DNA of 64,000 nucleotides, taken from the NCBI GenBank assembly GCA_965112735.1, contig OZ218963.1, positions 2,790,001 to 2,854,000 of the forward strand. The letters run 5' to 3'. Positions 49,304 to 64,000 of the stretch are shown piece by piece (position 1 is the stretch's first letter; each line of letters begins with the position of its first letter). The stretch is from Phaeosaccion multiseriatum (Eukaryota; Protista; Ochrophyta, other classes). The notes under the pieces were generated by a model. The model was given only the letters and a program-made list of their open reading frames with translations, ran no database searches and had not been told where the DNA came from. Both the position numbers and the translations under genes were made by a program.

Positions 49304-50551
49304 GACTCTCGCTCACCCGCTGCGGGCAGCCCCCCCTTGATCATTCCTCCCACTGCCAAGGCATATTCTTGGGAAGTCTGGCCCTTCCTCACCTCATCGT
49401 GGGCAGCCTCTGGCACTTGGTACAAGCTGCGAGGTATGAACGAGCTCATGAACACTGCTTCGGACACGTCCTCTTCGTACCTTCTGCTCTGCTCAACGCT
49501 CTCACCGTGCCCCCCCTCCCCTCCTCCTCCTGCTTCCCCTCCTAGTGCTGCTGCTGTACTTTCTCCTTGCTTCTCTCTCTCCTGCTTTTTCTCCTCCTCC
49601 CTTTCCTGATCCCTGTCATGCTCTTCCTCCTCCTTTGCGGCACCTCGAAGCAGCTCGGCCAAGGCTTGACTCGCCTCCTCCTTCCCCGCCCCGATACTAT
49701 CGGTCTCCAATACGAATGTGAACAGCGCACGGTTGCTAAGGACGGTGCACCCTTGCCTTCGGAAGTAATCGGTGACGTTTTTGCAGTCCATCCGCAAGAA
49801 GTCCATGGCCTGCGGGTGGTCATACTCCATACTCTGGGACACGTCGATGAAGATGAGCTTGCCCTCGTGATAGAGCATGTTGTACTCGCTGCGGCGGGAA
49901 AAGGAGGAAAGAGAGAGCAGATTGCGCTTTAAGGAAACAGATTGTTCCTCTTCGTGCCTTTCCAACTTTCCGCACTTTGGCATCACACGAGACGAAACCC
50001 CTACGCTACACGAAGCCAGTCGCTCAGTCAGTTCACACCTCCGCTCTCACCTCAAGTCGCCGTGTACGAGCTTGCACACTTGCGTCATTGTGCGCATATG
50101 AAGCAAGCACTGCGAGTACATTTCTGCCATGCGTCGATCGCTGATGCGAACATCTCTTAGTCGAGGAGCCGGCCACCCGTCCTTCCCGAGAAACTGCATC
50201 ACTAACACATTGTTCTTGACCAACACAGGCACCGGCGAGGGAATGCCGGCCGCCTCTAGCCGGCGCAGATTCCTCAACTCTTTCTCCGCCCACACCTTTA
50301 CCATCTTGCGGGGGTTGCTCTTACAGTAGCCTTGCCGGTGGCGGTACTCTCCTGACACGTATCTGTCCCGGTCCTTGAACACCAGGATGCTCGTCTTGTA
50401 GATCTTGATGGCGTACTCCCCTCCCGTGGGTGAGAGAGCGTAGTACACATTGGCCTCTTTGCCCGTGCTGAGGCAGCCGTCTATTTGGCTCAGAAAGCCT
50501 CGATTGAGCATTTTGAAGAGGATGAGACGGGTGCGTGGGTCGAGCACCTTA

Positions 50552-50582
<31 letters not shown>

Positions 50583-51015
50583 GCAGCAGGTGAGTGAGGA
50601 TATGGTTTTCAAAGGATGGCTGCTGGGGCCGACTACCCGTACCCCCCTAACAAGGGTCTTTCTCTACCCCTACAAACACACACGCACCTGTTCGCTGGTG
50701 GCCCTGTCGTCCCTCCCCGTATGCCTGGCCGACTTTTCGTTGGCCTTCTCGCTGCGGACAATGTCATTTCCTACGGCGTGGCGCTGCTGCCCAGAGCTAC
50801 CGCCACTGCCACTGCCACTGGTGTGACTGTTCAAAGCCTTTGACGCGCCCGTGTTGATCTTCCCTTCGAATCTGCTGCGCAACTCAGCCTCACTGGCTGC
50901 CATATCCCCGCCCCCTCCACCTCCGTTGGGCCCTCCAACTTCACCGAGCAGGTCCAGCTCCAGCGTCACCAGGTCATCCTCGTCTGCGTCACCATCGGAG
51001 TCCACAGCTCCACCG

Positions 51016-51047
<32 letters not shown>

Positions 51048-51455
51048 CAGTCTAGCAGTCTGCTCCTGACCCGAGCCCCCCCTTCCTCCTGATCCTTCTC
51101 CAACTGATATGGGCGGGTGAGGTGGTGTCCTGTTTGTGCTCTCCCACCCATCCTCGCCAAATCCCTCCTCTTCCTCCTCCTCCTGCCCATGTTGCGCAGG
51201 CTCTCTGCTTGAGAAAAAGAGGGCTGCATTCGCACGCTTAGATGACGCCGAAAGCCTCGCACCCCTCTTCTTCCGAGTGCTGCCGCTGCTGCTCACCGCA
51301 ATGGCAGCGTGCTGCCGCTGCGGCGGCGGCTGGACCTGCTGGACCCGCTGGGGCTGAGCCTGGTCAACAAACTCGCTGTCACTGTCATCCGAGAACTGTC
51401 CCTCCTCAACGACTGCAAAGCGGTAATCCACCGCGTCGGCCCCCCTCTCTCGCAT
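48952..51455 (-). CDS. RIO1: RIO1 atypical kinase, 3 exons
   Basis: DRATSEQ|[51 protein letters not shown]|SEYN, IDVSQS, Lys-rich tail. Confidence 0.96.
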
Positions 51456-51552
51456 GTTTTTCTTGGGTCTTTTGTCTATTTCTCGCCAGCCAGACATAAA
51501 TTTTACTATTGGAGGGATGGCACTCAATGCCTTGATTTTCTATTTTCCACTA

Positions 51553-51948
51553 CTGTGATTTCGCGGTTGAGTGGCACTTTTTACGCCCAATTACGCCCCA
51601 TTAATTTTTTTTAACGCCAAATGACGACTTGTTTTACGACGTTTGACGACGTTTGACGACGCTTTAGCCCCCTATTTGACGCCCTTTTACGCCCTTTTAC
51701 GCCCTTTTACGCCCTTTTACGCCCTCTTCCGTGATTTTTTTTTCCGTGATTTTTTTTAGACGAAATTAAGGCGAATTAAGATAAAAGGGCGTAAAAGAGC
51801 GTAAAAGGGCATAAAAGGGCGTCAAATAGGGGGCTAAAGCGTCGTCAAACGTCGTCAAACGTCGTCTAAAAAGTCGTCATTTGGCGTAAAAAAAAATTAA
51901 TGGGGCGTAATTGGGCGTAAAAAGTGCCACTCAACCGCGAAATCACAG
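51553..51948. mobile_element. 396-bp Tc1/mariner-type MITE with long TIRs and TA TSD
   Basis: TA|CTGTGATTTCGCGGTTGAGTGGCAC...GTGCCACTCAACCGCGAAATCACAG|TA; ~160-bp arms; internal (GCCCTTTTAC)n and (GACGTTTGAC)n; AT-rich. Confidence 0.92.
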
Positions 51949-52002
51949 TATTGCTATTTTCATTTTCTTCTTTCCTTCCCCCTTCTTCAGTGAAACTATA
52001 TA

Positions 52003-56687
<4,685 letters not shown>

Positions 56688-57035
56688 TAATGCGCGATAG
56701 CGGACAACTGCCTGGCTGCTTTTGATGCTACCGGTGACGAAGAATGCGGTCCAGCCTCCTCCAGTCTGCTCTATCCACTGGCTCTGGTGCAATTGCCACT
56801 TGTGTCGATTGTTTGTTTTGACGCGTGTAGGGCTTGGAGGATCTTTGGAGAGCTTGAGAACAATATAGTCGCCAGCTGTGAGCAACCTCAATCCCTCAAG
56901 TTCCCTCGCTCTCTACTTCCCCCCACACACACCACGCACACACCTCCTCTTCTTCTCTATTCTATTATTTCCCCCCTTTATAGTCCCTTGGTAAATGTGT
57001 GGGTGTGCATTTAAAAAAAGATTTTTTTTGGGAGG

Positions 57036-58123
57036 ATGCTATATTCCTTCCTTCTCTTCTGGGTGCTTGCCATGAGCGTGCCAAAGATCGAAGGGGGGGA
57101 CACCTCCTTCGGCTTGCAGCCCGAGGTCTGTGTCCATCACAAGACCGGCTCCGTTCTCGCGAAGGAGGCTCTCACCATGGCGAGCCTGGTTGCTGAAATC
57201 TGGCAGGGCCCGCCGTGGAGCTGGCAATGTAGGGCGAAGAGCTTCCTTCCCGCTCTCGACTCACTCGCTGTCGGCCACTTCATACGGGACCCCTTCGAGG
57301 TCATCGTCAGTGGTGAGTACACAACAGCTGAGCTCCATTGTGTATCCATGCCCTTCCCTTACTAGGTATTATTTCCAACGCATCGGCTGGGCACCTTGCT
57401 TCATCCCCCTCCTCTTTAACCCTTGCACCTTGCCCTACGCCGCCCGCAGGCATCCTTTATCACGCTGCAGGAGAGGAGCCGGTTTGGACGGAGTCGGCGC
57501 TCCCGTCAGGGCATGACTATCACATGAATTGCCCTCAGGACGAGGCACTGACGAAATGCGCGATTCTTCCTCTGCCGCACTACGGCCTGGACCAGTTCGG
57601 ACGACATACCGTGGGTGGCTGCCCAGACGCGAGCGAGGAGGACTTTGCGAAGTGGTGCCCATCAGTCGAGCCTGCACAGAGCGGGGAGGCATACGCCAAG
57701 TATCTCACCAGAATGCTCAAGACCAACCATACGTACGATGCGGTGGTGGTGGAAATGATTCGGTTTGAGGCGTTTGATCGCTCCATGTTGCTCTCTGCGC
57801 TCGAGATATGCCCAAAGGCCCACCATACGTACAACTATTGCTTGCACAAGATTAAAGACAATGCTGCCTTCAATACCTCCATGACGGGAATCTTCGAGCT
57901 GTGGAGCTTCCCGCCGCACCTCATGACCACGCTGCTGGACAAGCTGCAGGTGCTCGACTACACAAACCCCTCGCATCCGCAGGAGCACAGCACGACCCAC
58001 GAGGGAAACATCCGAGAGAGATTGTTGGAGGATGCACGCAAGGCGGACAGTGCGCTCTTTGGAGGTCGCTACAAGCAGTTGCAGCAGAGTGTCCAAGCCT
58101 TGTGCGATGGACACCCGAGGTAG
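57036..58123 (+). CDS. Sulfotransferase-like secreted/membrane protein, 2 exons (intron ~57313-57449)
   Basis: Hydrophobic N-terminus; VHHKTGS and HFIRDPFEVIVS|GILYH, IRFE motifs resemble PAPS-binding blocks. Confidence 0.62.
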
Positions 58124-59305
58124 CCTACGCGCAGCTCAGGCGATGCATCAGTTGCAGCCATCCAGACGCGTCTCTCCGTCTTGAGCAGGCAGGCTCAACC
58201 GCGGGAAGACAGCAGCCCCCCCCCCCCCTGGATCCCCCACCCCGACTGTGGGCAGGGGTGTCTTGGACGAGACTGGGTAGCTCGGACGGCATCTAGCGGA
58301 GCCTCAAGCGGGAAGCCGTCGTCTGCTGGCACGTACGCTTTTGTCGCTTGGGAGGGGCGAAAGGAGTTCTATGTCTCCTTCTTCCCAAGGTCACATCAGT
58401 TTGGTCGCATAACGAGCCCACCCGTGGACCGCGCCACCCCCTCCCACACCACTGGTGGCCTCCTCCCTCTTCCAGCGCTTTGCTGGCTCTACTCCGAGAG
58501 GGGTGCCGATGGAAAAGAAGGACTTCATTGCTTAATCATGAGCTGTGCAGTACAGCTAGGGTTGAGAAGGAAGAGCAGCAGCAGCGAGACGGAGCTGGCA
58601 GTTGTAAGCCTGTTGGGGGGGGGGAATGCCTTCCACTCGGGTGAGTTTCAGTCTCATTTAGGAGGCCAACTCAACGCTGGAAGACCTCTGTGAATCGTCC
58701 TTCGTTACCACAGAGGAGGCATCGAGCTAGACGAGCAACACTGCTGAAACGCATGCTAAAGTCGGCTTCTTTGCTCCACAGATTGGGGTATGCGGGATAA
58801 ACAGAAGCAGTGATCACTACGCATCCTCGAGTCGACATTGCTATGGTACAATTGTAAATGTCTATTTTTTTAATTAACCACAACAGAGAGAGAGATGAGT
58901 AAGATAGACACGGTTGGACTTCTATTCTCTCCTCTTCGACTCTAGACTGCGGCTCTGTCCTTCCCTTGGGGAGTGTCTAATCAGTGCAGAAGCTGGACAC
59001 GAAAATAGTGAATTCTAATAAACTGAAGCTGAAACCCGTCGTCCTCAACCCTTCCAAACTACCATGAGTAATAATACCGCTGGGTAGCTTCGTGGCTTGG
59101 GTCTCCGAGGAGGTGTGCCGCTTCTTACGCCATCCAATGCCATTCGATAGGGGTGAAGAGCGCACGGCCCTGGATGGAGAGGTTGCTACAACCTTGCTGT
59201 GCTGAGGTCCTGTTGAGCTCTCTCTGCCGGTAGTGAGGGGCATCCTCCCTTAGAATGACCCCCTACCCCCCCTCGCTGTGAAATCCATCCGAGAATTGAG
59301 TGCCT

Positions 59306-60287
59306 TCACTCGGGCACTCGGTAATACCTGGAGATGGGCGACGAGCAGCGAAAGGACTTGGGGGGCAGCAAAGGGGATCAGAGTCAGTTAGAAGGGCGAA
59401 GAGGCGGGGGGAGAAAGTCTCGTGCAGAAGTTGACAGCCGAAGCAAGTCAGGATAAAAGAGCAGTACGCATGACACAAAGCATAATGCTCGCCTGATGAA
59501 CAAGACGGAAGGGGGAGGTAAGAGACGTGTCCTGTGACTGCTGCTGCTGCTGCCACGAACCTGCTCTCGACGAAGGGCATCTTGGTGACTGCCGCCTTGT
59601 GCATCTTGCCCCGCACCGATACGGTGATGTCGGTGGTGGCCTTCGCGTGCGCAGTCTCTACGTAGCCCATGGCGATGGGGGCCTTGAGGCAGGGGCTGAA
59701 GGTGCCTGATGTGATCACTCCGATCTTGCTCTTGCTCTCAGCGTCATACATCTGCGGGGGAGGAGTAAGAACGGAGGTGGGTTGGGTGGGGTAGGGGGAA
59801 ATGCACCCCACGAAAAGCTCGTGTTAGAATAGGCCAATGGGAGGAGAGAAGAAAGGCCACACCGTGGCACACAGCAGTGTACAGAGCTTGCACAGCCCCT
59901 CAAACACCAGCCCCCGGGAATTGATCTGTTGCGGGTCGATGTTTTGGATCGTGGGATCAATAAATTCACTCTCTAGATAGTCACCTTGCCGGCCCCTGAC
60001 AAGGTTCTGAGGCGACCCATGTTCCAGGTTCTAGGTTCTGGGGGAAAATCCTTGAGTATTTGATTGACATCCGTCACAGTGGTATAGTTAGTGGGGGTAG
60101 ATGACGTGTCAAGACACACTGAAAGGCACCCATCGAGCCGCCCGCGTCAATGGCACACTTACCCGCAGTGGCAATAATTGCGTCGTCATTGATCCGTCCC
60201 TCGTCGTTGGTGATGAGGCTCCCTTCCTTTGACGCCCTTAATGTCTCCCACCACCATAAGTCTCCAGGAAGTCAACGGCGTCTTTCC
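59306..60287 (-). pseudogene. gcvT: Glycine cleavage T-protein (aminomethyltransferase) remnant: intact last two exons plus one decayed internal exon
   Basis: IGVITSGTFSPCLKAPIAMGYVE...VRGK...VTKMPFVESR|YYRVPE*; frameshifted GKDAVDFLE..VVGDIK..LITNDEG..DDAII at 60160-60287; middle and 5' exons absent. Confidence 0.82.
59989..60050 (+). mobile_element. Left end of a related GGCCCCTGAC MITE subfamily
   Basis: CCGGCCCCTGACAAGGTTCTGAGGCGAC...AGGTTCTGGGGGAAA matches 8669-8695 and 8750-8767. Confidence 0.7.
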
Positions 60288-60803
60288 GGGCTCTCCGAGG
60301 AGTGTACACGTGTGCGCTACGCCGCTCTGCCTACTTCGAACCTCTATGTGGTGCCTAGATCGATTCCGATGCTCGGCCCGTCCAGCCCGTCCAGACTCTC
60401 TCCCCGTAGCCCCTCCACGGAGGCTTTTCACAAGCCAGTGGCTGCCCGGGTATGAGCCCGTTCCAGCGAGACAGACTCCTCTTCAAGGTGCTGCCGTAAT
60501 TGCCGACACTGGGGTGGTGACCGAGTCCAGCTGCTACTACTCATGCCGTTCGGAAAGCTCCCGCGTGCCTGCACGAGGCCATCATATGAAAAAGAGGCTC
60601 CCGCAACCGTCGGGCCGACGAAGAGCAGGCCGCTAGCTAACGCCACGAGCCTCCGGCGCCCCATTAATGCGCGAAGCGGACAACTGCCTGGCTGCTTTTG
60701 CTGCTATATATATATACCGGTGACGAATGCGGTCCACCCCCCTCCTCCCCTCTAGGTTCGAGTGTGGAAGAGAATATATAGTCGCCAGCTGTGAGCGAAC
60801 TCA
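60288..60803 (-). pseudogene. Duplicated 5' end (upstream region, exon 1, start of intron 1) of the Hsp70 gene
   Basis: Near-identical to ~56308-56890, with small indels that frameshift the leader. Confidence 0.92.
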
Positions 60804-60841
60804 TAAACTTAAACTTAAACTGGAGCCGTCAGATCCTTTAG

Positions 60842-62679
60842 ATGGGTAACTCTGCGGGGCAGCCGGAGGAAGTCGCTGTTTCCTCCATTGGCGCGTGGGA
60901 CGGGCCCCATCTCCCCAAGGGCCTCAGCTTGGAGCGAGAAAGAATTCAAAGCTGGGAAGTCGTTGGAGATGAGGGAGGGAAACATGTTGGCGGCATTCGT
61001 ATCAGCAGCAGCAGCAGCAGCAGCAGCAGGAGTAGAAGCCTTGAAGGGGGAAGCGGAAACGCGAAGACTTTTCGCCGTACCTATCGCTTGGAAAAGGTCA
61101 TCGGACAGGGCTCGCACAGCTTCGTCTTCCTCGCCACCAGGCGAGAGACATCTGCGGCGGTCGCAGTGAAGTGCGTCAACACGGAAAAACTTGGACAGAA
61201 GCGGATGGAATACTTGCAGCGAGAGATCGAAGTCCTCCACCTGATCAACAGCCACCAAGTGCCTTTCTCGCTGCGCTTGTTGGACTTCTTCGATGACCCA
61301 GAAGGTTGTTTTATAGTGCAGGAGCTGGCCGAAGGGGGCGACCTCTTTTCGATGCTCAAGACGAGAGACAAGATGCTTGGGGAAGGACAGGTAGCTGTCT
61401 TGGGCAGAGGATGACTGTGTCCCTTCCACACCTCACTGCACGCTTCGACACCGAGAATAGAGATGCATCGTGCCCACTTCCCTGCTAGCAGAATTCTCAT
61501 AAGCGCACTCGTTGTTCAGGTGAAGCATATAGCATGGAGACTGCTCCACGCCGCGAAGCAGCTGCACTCACTTGGCGTGGTGCACAGGGACATCAAACCG
61601 GAGGTGGGCGTTGCCTTCTGCGCTCATGGGCTTCTAATAAACGTGGTCTGATCCCTCCCTCCCTCCCCCTCCCTCTCTCTCGCACAGAACCTTTTACTTT
61701 CGAAGAGTCACGATGTCAAGAGCGTGCGACTGGTGAGCTCACACGTCACTTATCTCCAGGACCTCATTCACCTCCCTTTACGTTGTAGTCGCTGTGAAAT
61801 GAAGTCGCGTCCTTGTCCAATCGCAGCTTCTCGTCACCCAATCTTTTCCTCCGGCATGCACCTCTGTCTTCCCCCATGGGTGCCCCTGCCCCGCCCCACT
61901 CACGTATGACGCAGGGTGACTTTGGCTTTGCTGTTTTTCTCAACGAGGATACGCGCAAGGGAGGGCTGCCTGCGTGTGGTACACCGGAGTTCATTGCACC
62001 AGAGCTGCTCCTCATGGAGCCTTTCGACGGGAAAGCAGACGGTGCGTCGGCGAGAGCCCATTGAACTGTGTGCACTCGGGAGGGAAGGGAAGAGTGTAAG
62101 GAGGCCCAACTGGCATTGGGGAATGGGAGCTTAGGAGCGGGATGGAGAGAGGGGAGAGGGGCGGAGCGCTCCCACCTGGAGGACGCCAGGCAGGGTGTTA
62201 CCTCAGCCAACACCAGCCAACCCCCCAGCCAGTAGTCGATCCCACCCACCATGTTTCTCTGTCCGTTTCTCTCATCAGTGTGGAGCATTGGCGTGACGTT
62301 GTACGGCTTGCTGAGTGGGGCGTTGCCCTTCTCAGCCATGACTGCCAACAAGCTCTACGAACTCATCTTGGACGGGGACTACACCTTCCCGGAGGCCTCC
62401 TGGCACCGCGTCTCAACGCATGCCGTGGACTTTGTGCGTCGGATGCTGCAGGTAAACAAATGCATTTGCTGCTTAAGGATCTCGCTTCACTGTCGTGCAT
62501 CCTGCATCTGCCCTTACCCCTTTCAATGTATCCTTCTTCAGGTGGAATGTTCGGATCGAGCTACTGCGGAGCAGATGCTGCAGCATGCGTGGCTCGAGGG
62601 CGTTGAGGCACAAGACGAAGGCAGGGCACACTCACCTCCCCACGCGAAAGCCTCGGGGGAAGCTTTGCCACCAGGGTGA
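60842..62679 (+). CDS. CAMK-group Ser/Thr kinase with predicted N-myristoylation site, multi-exon; 3' end uncertain
   Basis: MGNSAG; IGQGSHSFV, VAVK, HRDIKPE|N, DFG, GTPEFIAPE, D|VWSIGV, RATAEQMLQHAW. Confidence 0.9.
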
Positions 62680-64000
62680 GCGAGGAGCCCAAACGCAACC
62701 CCCCCCCCAAAACGTCGCTCGGCAAAGCAACAGCCCGACCGCCGCCCTGCGAGTATTCTCTCGGCTGCTTCCTCTCCTTCAAGAGCGTAGGGGTGGCCTT
62801 ACAGAGGAGGGCCGGTGTTGCGCGCGTATTGAGAACCTTCCACGATTCTTCGGAAGCAAGGTCGTGCTGTGGGCTGCTGCGGCGGCTGTCCCAAAGGACC
62901 AATGGACCAATGAGCCACTGACGACCATCAGGCCATCCACCATGGGGTGGACGCCAGGCAGGGGGGCGGGGTGGTTTTCTTCGCAGTAGATGCATGAAGC
63001 CGGGCGGCGCCTGAGAGGTGTTATCAGTTGGGATTCCAGTTTAGGTGCAGGATTCCAGTTTAGGTGTCAGGCTGCAGGGTTAAGCGGTGGTTGGAGATGC
63101 TTGCTTCTAAGGTCTTTTGTGGTGGAGCTTCCAGGCACACCTAAGTGGGCCGCCCTGAGCCCGGCCAGAGCCACCTCATGCGCGCACACGTGGCTTCTTG
63201 GCAGTCCATGTGCAGGGCCGTGGCAAAGGAGCTCAGACCGAGCATGCGAGCATGGGGGGTGTCGAGAGAACGCTCCGGGAGGCAGGGGAAGATGCGTCGG
63301 AGCGGTGGCGGTACAGCAGTTGCTGATGAGGTACATCGGTTGGTTGTTGCTTCAGCGGTTGGTGGTACACCAGTTGGTAGTGCAGCAGTTGGTGATATAG
63401 CAGCGCGAGACGAAGGTTCGTCCAGGTACACAGCTAGGCTGTACCACATGACCATGCACAGCTTTGGTATACTTCTACTTCATATGCTTTCCGACTCGCT
63501 CGGGTGGATTTGAAGCGCTATGTTATGTACTTAGTTGTCGTCAAGTTGTATACACGTGGAGTGTTCTGCTGCTCCAACCTGTACGTACACTGCTCGTTCT
63601 CCTCTTTTCGTTGCTGCTGTGGCCGCCACTCCTCCTCGGAATGGGGTGCTGACTAGATACGAATTTATGGTATATACCCACAATCGTATCAAGGGCTAGC
63701 TAGGACAGGAGAGGATGGTCAATGAGATGAGGTATGCTGTGCATAGGCTCAGGCAAGCCCCCATTGCAGAGTGCCGACCTTTCGCCTCTCGCCAGAAGCC
63801 AAGCGGAAAGGTTCGAGAAGCCAGATTTAGCGCACCCCAAGCAAGAACGCGCCCGGGTAGCCACCCAATCCACCCCTGCCACGCTATTGAGCTATCGCTA
63901 TCGCCGGCGTAGGCCGAAACGCACTGTCCTCAGCCCGCTCACTCACCCTCCCCTCCCCCCGGCAAAAGTTCATTTAAGTTCAAGGTAGGGCAAGCAAAGA

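Noticed and set aside
51640-51870. CRISPR-like or iteron-like short repeats
   Set aside because: Tandem units without spacers, inside MITE arms, in a eukaryotic context
58181-59243. Short ORFs as additional genes
   Set aside because: No recognisable motifs or consistent splice pattern

Overview
Gene-dense, intron-rich, GC-rich eukaryotic nuclear DNA with GT-AG introns and microsatellite-laden introns. Gene content and signal-peptide/LRGG leaders suggest a stramenopile, probably an ochrophyte alga (inference). About 14 apparently intact multi-exon genes were reconstructed by eye: the 3' part of an Mx-like dynamin with a C-terminal PDZ, cyclin B, a UBL-domain membrane protein, a double-WW coiled-coil protein, EF-1beta, a Leg1-like protein, TypA/BipA, a CCX exchanger, condensin II CAP-G2, a BRO1 protein, Nup62, RIO1, a BiP-like Hsp70, a sulfotransferase-like protein and a CAMK-type kinase. 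The window also holds a decayed glycosyltransferase-sulfotransferase fusion, a chimeric Hsp70-leader/GcvT pseudogene, two MITE families (one with a TA TSD, one with a 6-bp TSD supported by an empty site in the window) and scrambled CRE-like retrotransposon fragments. Best leads: (1) ubiquitin-C-terminus-like (R)LRGG motifs at the end of bipartite leaders in two proteins, one of them a HERP/Usa1-like UBL-TM protein (candidate periplastid/SELMA components); (2) the Mx-PDZ fusion; (3) the GT-sulfotransferase fusion; (4) the 6-bp-TSD MITE family; (5) the Hsp70/GcvT chimera. All family calls come from motif recognition, not database searches, and exon boundaries are approximate unless stated.
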